Assembly (NCBI GenBank): GCA_963742225.1
Contig: CAVULD010000006.1
Coordinates: 266,841 to 330,840, forward strand
Direction of reading: 5' to 3'
DNA: 64,000 bases
Origin: an uncultured Chitinophagaceae bacterium
GTDB taxonomy: Bacteria; Bacteroidota; Bacteroidia; Chitinophagales; Chitinophagaceae
In this document: piece by piece, positions 51,842-62,161 of the stretch
Layout of the letters: every line of letters starts with the position of its first letter
Numbering within the stretch: position 1 is the stretch's first letter
Program-made: the position numbers and the translations under genes
The notes under the pieces: generated by a model
The model's database searches: none
What the model was told of the DNA's origin: nothing
Seen by the model: only the letters and a program-made list of their open reading frames with translations

Positions 51842-52852
51842 ATGGAGTTTTTTTTACCCATAAATATCAAAAAATTACCGGATCCAATCAGCTACGGTGA
51901 TACGGTCATGTTCGTAGGCTCTTGTTTTAGTGAGCACATGGGCGGTCTGCTGGGGGAGGTAAAGTTTAAAGTGCTGCAAAACCCGAATGGCATCCTGTTC
52001 GACCCGATGAGCGTGACGCGAAGCCTGGCATCCTACATGCAAAATCTGCCTTACCGGACCTCCGACCTATTTTACCTGAATGAGCTCTTTCATAGCTGGG
52101 ATCACCACAGTATTTTTTCTGGTATGGACCCATCGGAGGTGTTGGAGCGCATTAACCTATCCCAGGCCCGTGCCCACGAATTCTTGGGACAATGCAAATG
52201 GCTGATCATCACTCTGGGCTCCTCGTTTTGCTACCAACTTACCCCAACGGCGCAACCAACGGACCGTACCCCGATCGGGGCTCCGGTGGCCAATTGTCAC
52301 CGGGCACCGGCTTCGTGGTTTGGGAAATACCTGTTGGGCATCGACGAAATGCAGACTGCACTGGAAGGTTGCCTGTACCAGCTCTTCGACCTGAATCCCA
52401 GGATTCAGGTCCTGCTTACGGTGAGCCCGGTGCGCCATGTACGGGACGGAGTAATCGAAAACAACCGAAGCAAAGCCCGCTTAATTGAACTGGTCCATCA
52501 CCTGGTTGCCAAATCCAAACGGATCCATTATTTTCCGGCTTATGAACTGGTTATTGATGTACTGAGGGACTACCGTTTTTACGATCTCGACTTGGTGCAC
52601 CCCAATTATCAGGCCACGGACTATGTGTTGAGTCAATTTGCTGCGTATTGCATCGATGAGCCGTCGCGTCAACTAATGGAGGAGGTAAAAAAAATTGTGC
52701 AGGCCAGAAAACACCAGGCCTTTCAGCCCGATACGAAGGCGCACCGCCAATTCCTGGCGGAGCAGGCGTCTAGAACTAGGGCCTTGCTGAACCAATACCC
52801 TTTCCTTAATCTGGACGACGAGCTAGAGTATTTTACCCGCACCCCTATCTAG
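51842..52852 (+). CDS. GSCFA domain protein (SGNH-like hydrolase)
   Basis: FVGSCFSE, NPNGILFDP, LTVSPVRH, YFPAYE, DLVHP. Confidence 0.88.
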   Translation: MEFFLPINIKKLPDPISYGDTVMFVGSCFSEHMGGLLGEVKFKVLQNPNGILFDPMSVTRSLASYMQNLPYRTSDLFYLNELFHSWDHHSIFSGMDPSEVLERINLSQARAHEFLGQCKWLIITLGSSFCYQLTPTAQPTDRTPIGAPVANCHRAPASWFGKYLLGIDEMQTALEGCLYQLFDLNPRIQVLLTVSPVRHVRDGVIENNRSKARLIELVHHLVAKSKRIHYFPAYELVIDVLRDYRFYDLDLVHPNYQATDYVLSQFAAYCIDEPSRQLMEEVKKIVQARKHQAFQPDTKAHRQFLAEQASRTRALLNQYPFLNLDDELEYFTRTPI

Positions 52853-52885
52853 GATTTGCCGAGGGACGCATCCATCGCAGCGGGT

Positions 52886-53107
52886 CTACTCGGCCCTCAA
52901 GCTTTTCACCGGATTCATACATGCAGCCTTAATCGTTTGGTAGCTTACCGTCACCAATGCAATGGCAACGGTAAGGAAACCGGCTTCCGCGTATATCCAC
53001 CAAGCTACCGGTAACTTATAGGCGAAGTCCATAAGCCAGCGGTCCATGGCATACCAGGAAATCGGAAAAGCAATGAGCATCCCTAAGACGACAATTTTTG
53101 ATATTAG
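52886..53107 (-). pseudogene. C-terminal remnant of an FtsX/MacB-like ABC transporter permease
   Basis: LIAFPISWYAMDRWLMDFAY...VSYQTIKAACMNPVKSLRAE is the typical end of long Bacteroidota ABC permeases; the rest of the gene is absent. Confidence 0.75.
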
Positions 53108-53123
53108 GCTTTCTGCAGGCGAG

Positions 53124-54185
53124 CTATCTGGCGGTGTAGGCCGTAGCCAACAGGGATTCTAATTTTTGTAGCAAGATCGATTGGTTTTTGGCCCGGTTCA
53201 GGTTTTGTTCCGGATACTGCGTAAGGTAATATATATCACCCGACAAATAATCCGTTAGGAATCGCACCGACTGCATATAGATCATGATCAGCCCGGAAAA
53301 GTGAATGTTCTCTTGCTCCTCGGTAGTGAGCAGACTGCCGATTCCTGCAAGGTATCCCTTCTGGATAGCCTGATAAAATTCCACACGGATCTCTATTTCT
53401 GCAAATGAGGTGCTGTTTTCGTCTACCGTGCAAGCCATGGAGCGGATCATATCGCCCAAGTCGGAAAAAAATTTTCCCGGCATTACCGTGTCTAGGTCTA
53501 CGGGGCAAATTACCGAATGGGAGCTGGCGTCGAAGAGAATGTTACTGATTTTGCAATCGTGGTGCATCACGCGGTCGGGGTAGCGCGGGTTGTTTTGCGT
53601 GGATTGGAAAAACTGCAGGATCTGGCTGCGCGAAGCAAGTGCATCGATTAGCGCGGTGGATTTCTGTAGCCTATTGTGGTCAGCCCTCCCGATTGCTTCT
53701 TGGAGCTGAAGGATCCGAAAGCCGAGGTCGTGAAAATGAGGAATTACCGGTTTTAGCTGGTCGATGTCTAAATCGGCAAGGGCCTGGGTAAAGGAGCCAA
53801 AAACGAAAGCCACTTGAAACGCATCGGTTGCGGTTGCTGCCGTATCGGGTGCATAGGAGTTGTTCATAAAGACCGTCGCTCTCCAGGTAGTGCGACTTTC
53901 ATCTGTCCACAGGAGGCTTCCTTTTTTGGTATACATGGGTTCGGGGATCGAAATCTCTGAATGCTTTTTTCGAAGCCAACCATGGACCTGCTGGTAGTTG
54001 TGGACCAAGTTTTCGGGTGCGCGAAAGACATCGGTATTAATCGCTTGTAAGACAAACGCGTTTTGATTCGTTGGGTCCGTTACTTTAAAGGTTTGATGGA
54101 TGAGCCCGTGGCCTAGTGCCTCGACGACCAGGTTATTGGCTGATGCGAATTGTTTGGCGGCCTGCAGCGCCTGTTGTATATCCAC
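53124..54185 (-). CDS. APH-family phosphotransferase, N-acetylhexosamine 1-kinase (NahK)-like
   Basis: GHGLIHQTF, FHDLGFR, HHDCKISNILF, VDLDTVMPG, DLGDMIRS. Confidence 0.8.
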   Translation of the reverse strand: MDIQQALQAAKQFASANNLVVEALGHGLIHQTFKVTDPTNQNAFVLQAINTDVFRAPENLVHNYQQVHGWLRKKHSEISIPEPMYTKKGSLLWTDESRTTWRATVFMNNSYAPDTAATATDAFQVAFVFGSFTQALADLDIDQLKPVIPHFHDLGFRILQLQEAIGRADHNRLQKSTALIDALASRSQILQFFQSTQNNPRYPDRVMHHDCKISNILFDASSHSVICPVDLDTVMPGKFFSDLGDMIRSMACTVDENSTSFAEIEIRVEFYQAIQKGYLAGIGSLLTTEEQENIHFSGLIMIYMQSVRFLTDYLSGDIYYLTQYPEQNLNRAKNQSILLQKLESLLATAYTAR

Positions 54186-54197
54186 AAGCGATGATAA

Positions 54198-55553
54198 TTA
54201 GAATTCGTCCGTAAGTGCAAACTCGTTTTTTCTGTACATCCATTGGCCACCGGTGAAATCCGGGAACTCCACTGTCTGGTTACCCAAGTCGATACTCATT
54301 TCACTCAAGGGCGTGATGGCACTCCAAGCGGCCGCATCATACACGTCCATCGGGGTGGGCACACCACGTTTGATGGATTCCACAAAAGCATGCAGCACAA
54401 AGAAATCCATACCGCCATGGCCGGCTCCCTCTGTTTGGTTGCCCCAACGTTGCCAGAGTGGATGGTCGTACTGGTCCAGGTATGGCTTGGCCTCTTCCCA
54501 GGCGTCGTCTTTTTTGCTCAGTCCTTCGATGTATAGCGACTTATTCACGTCCATCCATAACCCTTTTGTCCCTTGCACCCGGAAGCCAAGCGAGTAGGGG
54601 CGAGGTGAATTGGTATCATGTTGCAGCAAGATGGTCTCTCCGTTGGCGCATTTGATTTGTGTAGTCACTATGTCACCTAGCTTGAATTCCACCCGAGCAT
54701 TTGGATGGTTTGGCCCGCCTTTGGCTACGATATAATTGTGCAGCCCCCGGGTTTTAGTAGCGAAAGACGACAAATGCAAAAACCGGTTTCCATGGTTGAT
54801 GTCCAGCATTTGGGCCACCGGTCCGATGCCGTGTGTAGGATATAGATCGGCATTACGGTGCACCGAATGGTTGGTTCGCCACCTGGCTTCTGAAAACGCC
54901 TTTTCGCCAAATTCCACGCCGCTATCATAGGGATCGATTCCGTTGTTGAATTTCACCCCCCGCAAGTCATGTTGGTATCCGCACTGCATGTGCAGCAGCT
55001 CTCCGAACATTCCCCTACGCACCATGTTCATTACGGCGATGACGTCACGGCGGTAACACACATTTTCGAGCATCATGACGTTGGCTTTTCGATATTCAGC
55101 TTCCCGAACTACCGCCCAATGGTCTTCCAGCGTTATGCCGAGGATAACCTCTGTGGCGACATATTTTATACCAGCCTGCAAGCTGTCGATGACCATGGGA
55201 CCATGCCATTCCCAAGGCGTGGCGATGAGAACTCCATCCAAATCTTTGAGCTCCAGCAGCTGTCGGTAGGCATGGGGATCGCCTTTGAATACCTGAGCCA
55301 TGGGCTTGCCAGACTTTTTGATGAGATCAGTGGCCATCTGAAGCATGCGATCATCTACGTCACAAATGGCGACTACATCCACGTCGCTGCGTCGCAGGGC
55401 ATTGTCCAGATGGTTCTGACCGCGCAGACCCGTGCCGATAATCGCTAGCCTTACTCTTTGCTTTTGGCTCCGGGAAAAAAGCATTTGATTGGGAAGCAAG
55501 GTGACGCCGGCGGTGGCCAGCGTTGCGCTCATGACGAAATCTCTTCTTTTCAT
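54198..55553 (-). CDS. Gfo/Idh/MocA oxidoreductase, GH109 alpha-N-acetylgalactosaminidase-like, twin-arginine leader
   Basis: MKRRDF leader, IGTGLRG, ATPWEWH, LENVCY, YPTHGIGP, GAGHGGMDF. Confidence 0.88.
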   Translation of the reverse strand: MKRRDFVMSATLATAGVTLLPNQMLFSRSQKQRVRLAIIGTGLRGQNHLDNALRRSDVDVVAICDVDDRMLQMATDLIKKSGKPMAQVFKGDPHAYRQLLELKDLDGVLIATPWEWHGPMVIDSLQAGIKYVATEVILGITLEDHWAVVREAEYRKANVMMLENVCYRRDVIAVMNMVRRGMFGELLHMQCGYQHDLRGVKFNNGIDPYDSGVEFGEKAFSEARWRTNHSVHRNADLYPTHGIGPVAQMLDINHGNRFLHLSSFATKTRGLHNYIVAKGGPNHPNARVEFKLGDIVTTQIKCANGETILLQHDTNSPRPYSLGFRVQGTKGLWMDVNKSLYIEGLSKKDDAWEEAKPYLDQYDHPLWQRWGNQTEGAGHGGMDFFVLHAFVESIKRGVPTPMDVYDAAAWSAITPLSEMSIDLGNQTVEFPDFTGGQWMYRKNEFALTDEF

Positions 55554-55711
55554 AATGATCCTTTTTTTGGTGCGGGGTTGGAAGATAGGAAGAAACTCTG
55601 AAAACTTGATTTATGCGAAATGGAAAAGTCGGGCGCCGGAGCGCAGCCGGTGCGGGGAAAATATATTCACCCTACAAATCCCGGCCTCCAGTACCTTAGC
55701 CGTTAAAACGC

Positions 55712-56428
55712 ATGGAGCAAAAGCGTTTTTCTAACCAAGCGCAGGCGATACTTGATTTCTACCAGGGGCTTAATCCTGCATTTGATTTACCCGCAGGCGT
55801 AGAGATCATGCATCCTTTTCGCCAGCCCGTGGCCTGGATGCTAACCCAGCAGTTTTACCGAAAATTTTACTCAGACAGGGCGCCTCGGATCTTTATTTTT
55901 GGCATTAACCCAGGCCGTTTTGGTGGTGGTGTGACGGGCATTCCTTTTACCGATCCACTCAGGCTGGAACTTTCTTGTGGCATATCGAACGGTCTGGACA
56001 AGAAGCCCGAGTTGTCTTCCCAATTTATCTATCAGGTGATTGAACAATATGGGGGAACGGAAGTCTTCTATGCGCATTTTTTCATCACCGCGCTCTGTCC
56101 GCTCGGCTTTATCAAAGACGGAAAAAACCTCAATTATTATGATCAGAAAATGTTGTTGACTTCCAGCGAGCAGTTTATGACTCAATCGATCTTAGAACAA
56201 CTCCAAACGATACGGACCAGCACCGCCACCACCATCTGCCTGGGAGAGGGGGAAAATTTCCGACAATTCAGCAGGCTAAACGAGCGCCACCATTTTTTTT
56301 CGCATATCGAGCCGCTACCCCATCCTCGCTGGATTATGCAATATCGCCGCAAATCGATGCTGAGCTACGTGCATCTTTATGTGGAGCACCTTAAAGCCAC
56401 TAGTTCGCAGCTTCAAGATCGGGATTGA
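55712..56428 (+). CDS. Uracil-DNA glycosylase superfamily, SMUG2/DUF4918 type
   Basis: GINPGRFGGGVTGIPFTD, ELSSQFIY, LPHPRWIMQY. Confidence 0.85.
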   Translation: MEQKRFSNQAQAILDFYQGLNPAFDLPAGVEIMHPFRQPVAWMLTQQFYRKFYSDRAPRIFIFGINPGRFGGGVTGIPFTDPLRLELSCGISNGLDKKPELSSQFIYQVIEQYGGTEVFYAHFFITALCPLGFIKDGKNLNYYDQKMLLTSSEQFMTQSILEQLQTIRTSTATTICLGEGENFRQFSRLNERHHFFSHIEPLPHPRWIMQYRRKSMLSYVHLYVEHLKATSSQLQDRD

Positions 56429-56458
56429 TTAGAACAAAGGGTGGACCATGCCCGCACT

Positions 56459-58093
56459 TCAGACTAATTCCTGGGCAGCATACATCCGGCGGAGTTCCTT
56501 TTTGTTGAATTTACCTACACTCGTCTTGGGGATTTGGCTGACCACGACGAAGCGGTCAGGTATCTGGTAATGCGCAAAATCGCGTGCTAGAAAAGATTTT
56601 AATTCCTCCTGGGTCAGCGTCTCCCCTTCGCAAGGGACAATGCAGGCTAGTGGGCGCTCCACCCATTTTTCGTGCGGCACGGCAATCACGCAGGCCTCCA
56701 TTATTTTGGGGTGCCCAATGAGGGCGACCTCCAAGGCTACGCTGGAAATCCATTCGCCGCCGCTTTTGATCAGATCCTTGGTTCTATCCATCAATTCCAG
56801 ATAGCCGAAACAGTCAATGGTGCCAACGTCGCCAGTCCGGAGCCAACCGTCTTTAGTGAGATGAGCGCTGGTGTCTTCCACTTTATAATAGGCTGAAGCA
56901 ATCCAGGGTCCTCGGATTACGATTTCCCCCATGGTCTTGCCATCCCTGGGCACTTCAAGACCATTTTCGCCAATCAATTTGATTTCGACTCCCGGCATTT
57001 CAATGCCTTGCTTGGCACGCACGTGGTATTTTTGTTCTTCATCCAAGTCCTCATGCACGGATTGCAGCCTGGACGCGGTTCCCATGGGTGAGGTTTCGGT
57101 CATGCCCCAAAGATGGATGCCTTGGATACCAAATTCCCGGTCAAAGGCAGCAATCAGACTCTTGGGCAAGGTGGAACCGCCACAAATAAATTCCCGCAAA
57201 CGTAATTTTTCGGCTGGTGGGTGATGGCGTAATTCGTCGTAGATGCCGAGCCAAATCGTGGGCACCCCATTGGCAATGGTGGCGCGTTCGGAGGTCATGA
57301 TGCGGACCAACTCATTGGCGTGCAAGTGCGAGCTAGGGAAAATCAGATCAGCCCCCGCGAGGATGCAAATGAATGGGGTCCCCCACGCCATCGCGTGAAA
57401 CATCGGGGTGATAATCAGGAAACGGTCGTGGGCACCCAGATTAAATCCATTGGGAGCAAGCGCAGACAGGGCATGCAGGTAGGTAGACCGGTGGGAGTAC
57501 AGGACACCTTTGGAGTTCCCGGTAGTCCCACTGGTATAGCATATAGCGCAAGCATCCGTTTCCTGTACCGCGACCCACGGAAAATCCTCAGGTTCACCAG
57601 CCAGGAGTTGCTCATAATCGAGGGTGTTGGGAAGGGTAGTCGTAAAACCTTTGGGCGCATTGAGAAGGACAAAGGTCCGCACCGTGTCGAGCAGGGGGGC
57701 AATTTTTTCCAGCAGATGGGCCACCGTGGCATCCACAAAAATGACTTTGTCTTCCGCATGATTGATGATGAATTCAATCTGATCGGTGGACAGCCGCAGG
57801 TTCAAGGTGTGGCATACCGCAGCTACTCCCGGGATGGCATAGTACAATTCCAGATGTTGGTAATGGTTCCAAGCCAGGGTGGCCACCCGGTCGCCCGGGC
57901 GAATGCCTAATTGATGGACCAGTGCGCTAGCTAGTTTCTTGGAGCGTTTATACAGTTGCCCAACACTATACTGGTGACGGCTGCCGTCGGGTAAAATGGA
58001 GATGATTTGCTTGTGCCCAAAAACGCGGTTACCGTAATCCAATATGGACTGCGTGGTGAGCGGATAATCCATCATGAGCCCTTTCATAGGCAA
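56459..58093 (-). CDS. Medium/long-chain fatty acid-CoA ligase (AlkK/DmdB-like)
   Basis: YTSGTTGNSKG, WGMTET, LRTGD, IKSGGEWISS, SVGKFNKK. Confidence 0.92.
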   Translation of the reverse strand: MPMKGLMMDYPLTTQSILDYGNRVFGHKQIISILPDGSRHQYSVGQLYKRSKKLASALVHQLGIRPGDRVATLAWNHYQHLELYYAIPGVAAVCHTLNLRLSTDQIEFIINHAEDKVIFVDATVAHLLEKIAPLLDTVRTFVLLNAPKGFTTTLPNTLDYEQLLAGEPEDFPWVAVQETDACAICYTSGTTGNSKGVLYSHRSTYLHALSALAPNGFNLGAHDRFLIITPMFHAMAWGTPFICILAGADLIFPSSHLHANELVRIMTSERATIANGVPTIWLGIYDELRHHPPAEKLRLREFICGGSTLPKSLIAAFDREFGIQGIHLWGMTETSPMGTASRLQSVHEDLDEEQKYHVRAKQGIEMPGVEIKLIGENGLEVPRDGKTMGEIVIRGPWIASAYYKVEDTSAHLTKDGWLRTGDVGTIDCFGYLELMDRTKDLIKSGGEWISSVALEVALIGHPKIMEACVIAVPHEKWVERPLACIVPCEGETLTQEELKSFLARDFAHYQIPDRFVVVSQIPKTSVGKFNKKELRRMYAAQELV

Positions 58094-58226
58094 TCGTTAT
58101 GAGGTGAGAGAAGAAGTTTAATAGGCAAGTCCAGGATAAATACGGCAACTCAGGCACCTGGTCCAGTTGGGCTAAGCGGAATAAAATTAGCCAAATATTT
58201 TCAATCCTTTTGAACTAGTCGTGATC

Positions 58227-58832
58227 TTAATGGATCCGGTCTCCGCGTGGGGATAGTCTGCGCATGACATCGGCTTCATATTGCAGCCACTCTTTCCAAC
58301 GATGACGCACGGTGTTGTGGTCCAGGTAGGTTTCCGCCAGATCATAGAAGAGCGTATAATGACCAGCCTCGCTTTCCATGAAGCGACGATAAAATTTTTT
58401 CAGGTGAGCATCCCCTAGGCCTTCGCTCAAGCGCTTGAAGCGTTCACAGCTGCGGGCCTCGATCAGGGCCATCAGGAGCAGTTGGTCAAGCAGGCGGTCC
58501 TCGTAGCGGCCTCCCTTGCGGCAGAATTCCAGCAGCTTATTGACGTATTCGTCTTTGCGTTGCCTGCCTAGCTTTAGGCCTCTTGTTTGCAATTCCGCAA
58601 GCACCAGCCTAAAATGTCCCCATTCCTCCGAAACAATGGGCGCAAGCTCGTCCACCAATTTCTGTTTGTCGGGATATCGCTGGATCAGCGAAATGCAGTT
58701 GGTGGCTGCCTTCTGTTCACAGTAGGCATGATCCGTCAAGATCTCCTGCAGAGAGATACTTGCCAGGTCGACCCAGCGCGGATCCGTCGGGAGCATTAAT
58801 CCAAGAATATTTTTGACGTCGGATTCGGCCAT
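58227..58832 (-). CDS. miaE: tRNA-(ms2i6A37) hydroxylase MiaE
   Basis: Di-iron ferritin-like motifs DHAYCEQKAA, EEWGHF, IEARSCERF, SEAGHY. Confidence 0.9.
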   Translation of the reverse strand: MAESDVKNILGLMLPTDPRWVDLASISLQEILTDHAYCEQKAATNCISLIQRYPDKQKLVDELAPIVSEEWGHFRLVLAELQTRGLKLGRQRKDEYVNKLLEFCRKGGRYEDRLLDQLLLMALIEARSCERFKRLSEGLGDAHLKKFYRRFMESEAGHYTLFYDLAETYLDHNTVRHRWKEWLQYEADVMRRLSPRGDRIH

Positions 58833-59107
58833 CGTTTCAGGTGTTTAGGTCCCCGGTTGGCCTGCAAAGATAGGCGGGAGGGGGTAAGTTCGGCAGCTCC
58901 CGCGCCCCTAGCCCCCAGCAACCAACTGCTGGACGCTTGCAAGATATTTGTCCAGGCGGGAAATTGACCTGAACTACAGCCGATCATCCATTCGTCATTA
59001 AGAGTCAGTAACTTAGATTTTGCCTGGGCTCCCTCAATAAGCCAGACGGGCATCTGAATTGGAAAAATGATCTATATTTATTGAAATTGACCGATAATCA
59101 GACGATT

Positions 59108-61555
59108 ATGAGAATCATTCCTTTCTTGGTTTCCCTGTTGTTGACGGTCAGCCTCATATTGGTTCTCAATAAGGAATGGAGCATTGGGGGCAAGACTATT
59201 CCCCCACTGGGTGCATTTTTAAGCCCGCAGCACGGTTTTTGGCAAAATGCAGAGGCGATGGACAAGGACTTCAGCCAGGAAATCCGATTGCCTCAACTCC
59301 AGGGCAAGGTCATGGTTTACCTGGATGATCGCCTGGTCCCTCATGTGGTAGCTTCCAACGAATCGGATGCCTATTTTATCCAAGGCTACCTACATGCCAA
59401 GTTTAGGTTATGGCAGATGGAATTCCAGGTATATGGTGCGGCCGGACGGATCAGCGAATTGATCGGCAGCAGGGCACTGAATTATGACCGGGAAAAAAGA
59501 AGACTAGGAATGGTCTATGCTGCGGAAAAAAATGTGGCCGAACTGGAGAAAAATCCGGTCACCAAGCAGGAATGTGATTCCTATACGGCTGGGGTCAATG
59601 CCTATATCGACAACTTGCAGGAAAGTGAATTGCCGGTGGAATACAAATTGTTGAACTATAAACCGGAGCGCTGGACCAACCTCAAGACCGCTTTGTTTAT
59701 TGAATATATGTCCTTGGAGCTGGCAGGCAGCGAACACGATTTTGAATACACGAATGCCAAGGCTGTTTTCAGCCCGGAGGATTTTGACAAAATGTATCCG
59801 ATTTCCTCCGATTCGCTCGATCCCGTAGTTTCCACCCAAACCAACTATACGCAGCCTGGCTTGGTGGTAAGACCGCCCGCAGGAGTCGATACGGCCTACT
59901 TAGGCCGGAAGGATTCTGTCCACGTCGTCTCTGCCAAACCAGACAAAGACAACGGCAGCAACAACTGGGCGGTAAGCGGGAAAAAAACACAGAGTGGAGT
60001 TCCCATTTTGTGCAACGACCTGCATCTTAGTCTGAGCCTCCCTTCCATCTGGTTTGAAATGCAGATCTCCACTCCATCTTACAATGTGTATGGAGCGACG
60101 TTTCCGGGAGCCCCTGGCGTGATCGTCGGTTTTAACGACAGCTGTGCTTTTGGATTAACCAATGCTTCCAGAGATGTGCGCGACTATTACAAGATCCAGT
60201 TCCAGGATGGAAGCCATAGAGCGTACCTATACAATGGGCAATGGAAGCAAACCGAATTCAGGTATGAACGCATCGGAGTTAAAAACGAACTGGATTTCAT
60301 CGATACGGTCGCTTATACCGTTTTTGGACCTGTCATGTTTGATGAGAAATTCACCGGCCAGGGCCGCACCGATGGAAATGCCTATGCCGTCCGATGGAAA
60401 GGGTTGGATGCATCGAATCCTATGATGGCATTTAATAAATTGGACAGGGCTAAAAACTACGATGATTATTTCGAAGCCATACAATGGCTGCACACGCCTG
60501 GCCAGAACTGCATCTTTGCCTGTAAAAATGGGGACATCGCGATTTGGGATCAGGGCGAATTTCCGGCCAAGTGGAAAAGGCAGGGCGATTTTGTGATGCC
60601 TGGTACCGACAGCAGTTATTTGTGGCAGGGCATGATACCGCAGATAGAAAACCCCCATCAGTATCAACCAGACCGGGGCTTTGTCAGCAGTGCTAACCAA
60701 ATGCCGGCCGATCCTGCCCACTATCCGTATTATCTGAGTGGAAATTTTGCCGTCTACCGGGGCATGATCATCAACCGCGACCTGAGGCAGAAGAACGACA
60801 TTACTCCGGAGGACATGATGAAAATGCAAACCGACACCTACGACTTGTTTGCGGAAATGGCCAGGCCAGTGCTGCTCAAGAATATCGATCTGGCGGGGCT
60901 AAGCGAAGAGGAAAAGAATTATTATGATAAATTACAAAGTTGGGATTTGCGCAACGATCCGGAAGAGAAGGGGCCAACGATCTTCAATCTCACCTGGGAT
61001 AGTCTGACCAGGATTGTTTGGGACGATGAACTGGGTCAAACCAAATTGCCGCTGGTTTATCCGACAGAGACAACCTTATTGGAAGGGATACTGAAAGATT
61101 CAGCCTTTAAGTTTTTGGATAACATCAATACCCCCGAAAAGGAGACCTTGTTGGATGACGTGACCCTCGCGTTCAAAAAAGCCGTCAAGGCCTGTGAGGT
61201 AGCAGATGCGGAAGGTCGGTTATCCTGGAGCAAATTCAAATCAACCCGGATCGTGCATTTACTGCGGCAGGAACCATTTAGTAGGCTAGACCTCCCGATT
61301 GGCGGGGGCACCAATTGCATCAATGCGGCCCGTGAAGACCATGGACCTACCTGGAGAATGATCGTTCAGCTATCAGCTAAGACGGTTGCCTATGCGATAT
61401 ATCCGGGAGGGCAGAGTGGAAATCCGGGCAGTATCTATTACGACAGTTTTGTGGACAATTGGGTACTTGGAAAATATTACCCCCTGTGGTTCATGACGCC
61501 GGAGGAAACGGATGATAAACGCATCAAATGGAAAATGAGTTTTTCCAGCCTCTGA
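59108..61555 (+). CDS. Penicillin acylase family Ntn-hydrolase
   Basis: QGYLHAKFRLWQM, GSNNWAVSG (beta-subunit N-terminal Ser), NDLHL, PGGQSGNPGS. Confidence 0.92.
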   Translation: MRIIPFLVSLLLTVSLILVLNKEWSIGGKTIPPLGAFLSPQHGFWQNAEAMDKDFSQEIRLPQLQGKVMVYLDDRLVPHVVASNESDAYFIQGYLHAKFRLWQMEFQVYGAAGRISELIGSRALNYDREKRRLGMVYAAEKNVAELEKNPVTKQECDSYTAGVNAYIDNLQESELPVEYKLLNYKPERWTNLKTALFIEYMSLELAGSEHDFEYTNAKAVFSPEDFDKMYPISSDSLDPVVSTQTNYTQPGLVVRPPAGVDTAYLGRKDSVHVVSAKPDKDNGSNNWAVSGKKTQSGVPILCNDLHLSLSLPSIWFEMQISTPSYNVYGATFPGAPGVIVGFNDSCAFGLTNASRDVRDYYKIQFQDGSHRAYLYNGQWKQTEFRYERIGVKNELDFIDTVAYTVFGPVMFDEKFTGQGRTDGNAYAVRWKGLDASNPMMAFNKLDRAKNYDDYFEAIQWLHTPGQNCIFACKNGDIAIWDQGEFPAKWKRQGDFVMPGTDSSYLWQGMIPQIENPHQYQPDRGFVSSANQMPADPAHYPYYLSGNFAVYRGMIINRDLRQKNDITPEDMMKMQTDTYDLFAEMARPVLLKNIDLAGLSEEEKNYYDKLQSWDLRNDPEEKGPTIFNLTWDSLTRIVWDDELGQTKLPLVYPTETTLLEGILKDSAFKFLDNINTPEKETLLDDVTLAFKKAVKACEVADAEGRLSWSKFKSTRIVHLLRQEPFSRLDLPIGGGTNCINAAREDHGPTWRMIVQLSAKTVAYAIYPGGQSGNPGSIYYDSFVDNWVLGKYYPLWFMTPEETDDKRIKWKMSFSSL

Positions 61556-61610
61556 CCCACGATCCGATGGCAGTTATTCAAGGCGCCGCATCTTCATAAT
61601 ATTAGTCCTT

Positions 61611-61985
61611 ATGCTCAAATACATTGTGTCCATTTTGTTGACTGCCCTGCTAAGTTTCACCAGTGGCCTGTATTTACCCTGGTGGGGGGTGGCCTGTATG
61701 TCTTTTCTGGTGGGTGTGTTCATCCCGCAAAAGGCATTTTTATCTTTTCTGGCCTCCTTTCTAGGCGTCTTTTTATTGTGGGAACTGCTTGCCTGGTGGA
61801 TTGACAACAAGAATGGAAGTATACTTTCGCAAAAAATATCCCAGCTTATGCATCTGGGAGGATCCACCGGGCTGCTCATCCTGATCACTTCGCTGGTGGG
61901 CGCTCTGGTCGCCGGTTTTGCGGCACTAACGGGAGTTTATTTTCGACATCTCGTTGGTCCGCGCCCCACGGCTCAGGAGCCTTAA
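61611..61985 (+). CDS. Hypothetical membrane protein
   Basis: Four hydrophobic segments, LPWW motif, directly downstream of the acylase. Confidence 0.7.
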   Translation: MLKYIVSILLTALLSFTSGLYLPWWGVACMSFLVGVFIPQKAFLSFLASFLGVFLLWELLAWWIDNKNGSILSQKISQLMHLGGSTGLLILITSLVGALVAGFAALTGVYFRHLVGPRPTAQEP

Positions 61986-62161
61986 CGGACTCAGGTTTGG
62001 GATTGTATCCTGTTTGCTGAGTCTGATCAAGCAGCTCACACCGTTTCCAAGATTGCAGATTGCTGCCACGTTTTGAGGAATTGCCAATGGCCATGGGCTT
62101 TTTATTTTCACAATTCGGAAACCATTCTATAGCTAAATTCGTCTTTCATTAAACCTCTCAG

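Noticed and set aside
58796-59053. 85-aa ORF upstream of miaE (likewise 39990-40415, 17744-17929, 62108-62374)
   Set aside because: Overlap real gene starts or promoter regions and have low-information translations.
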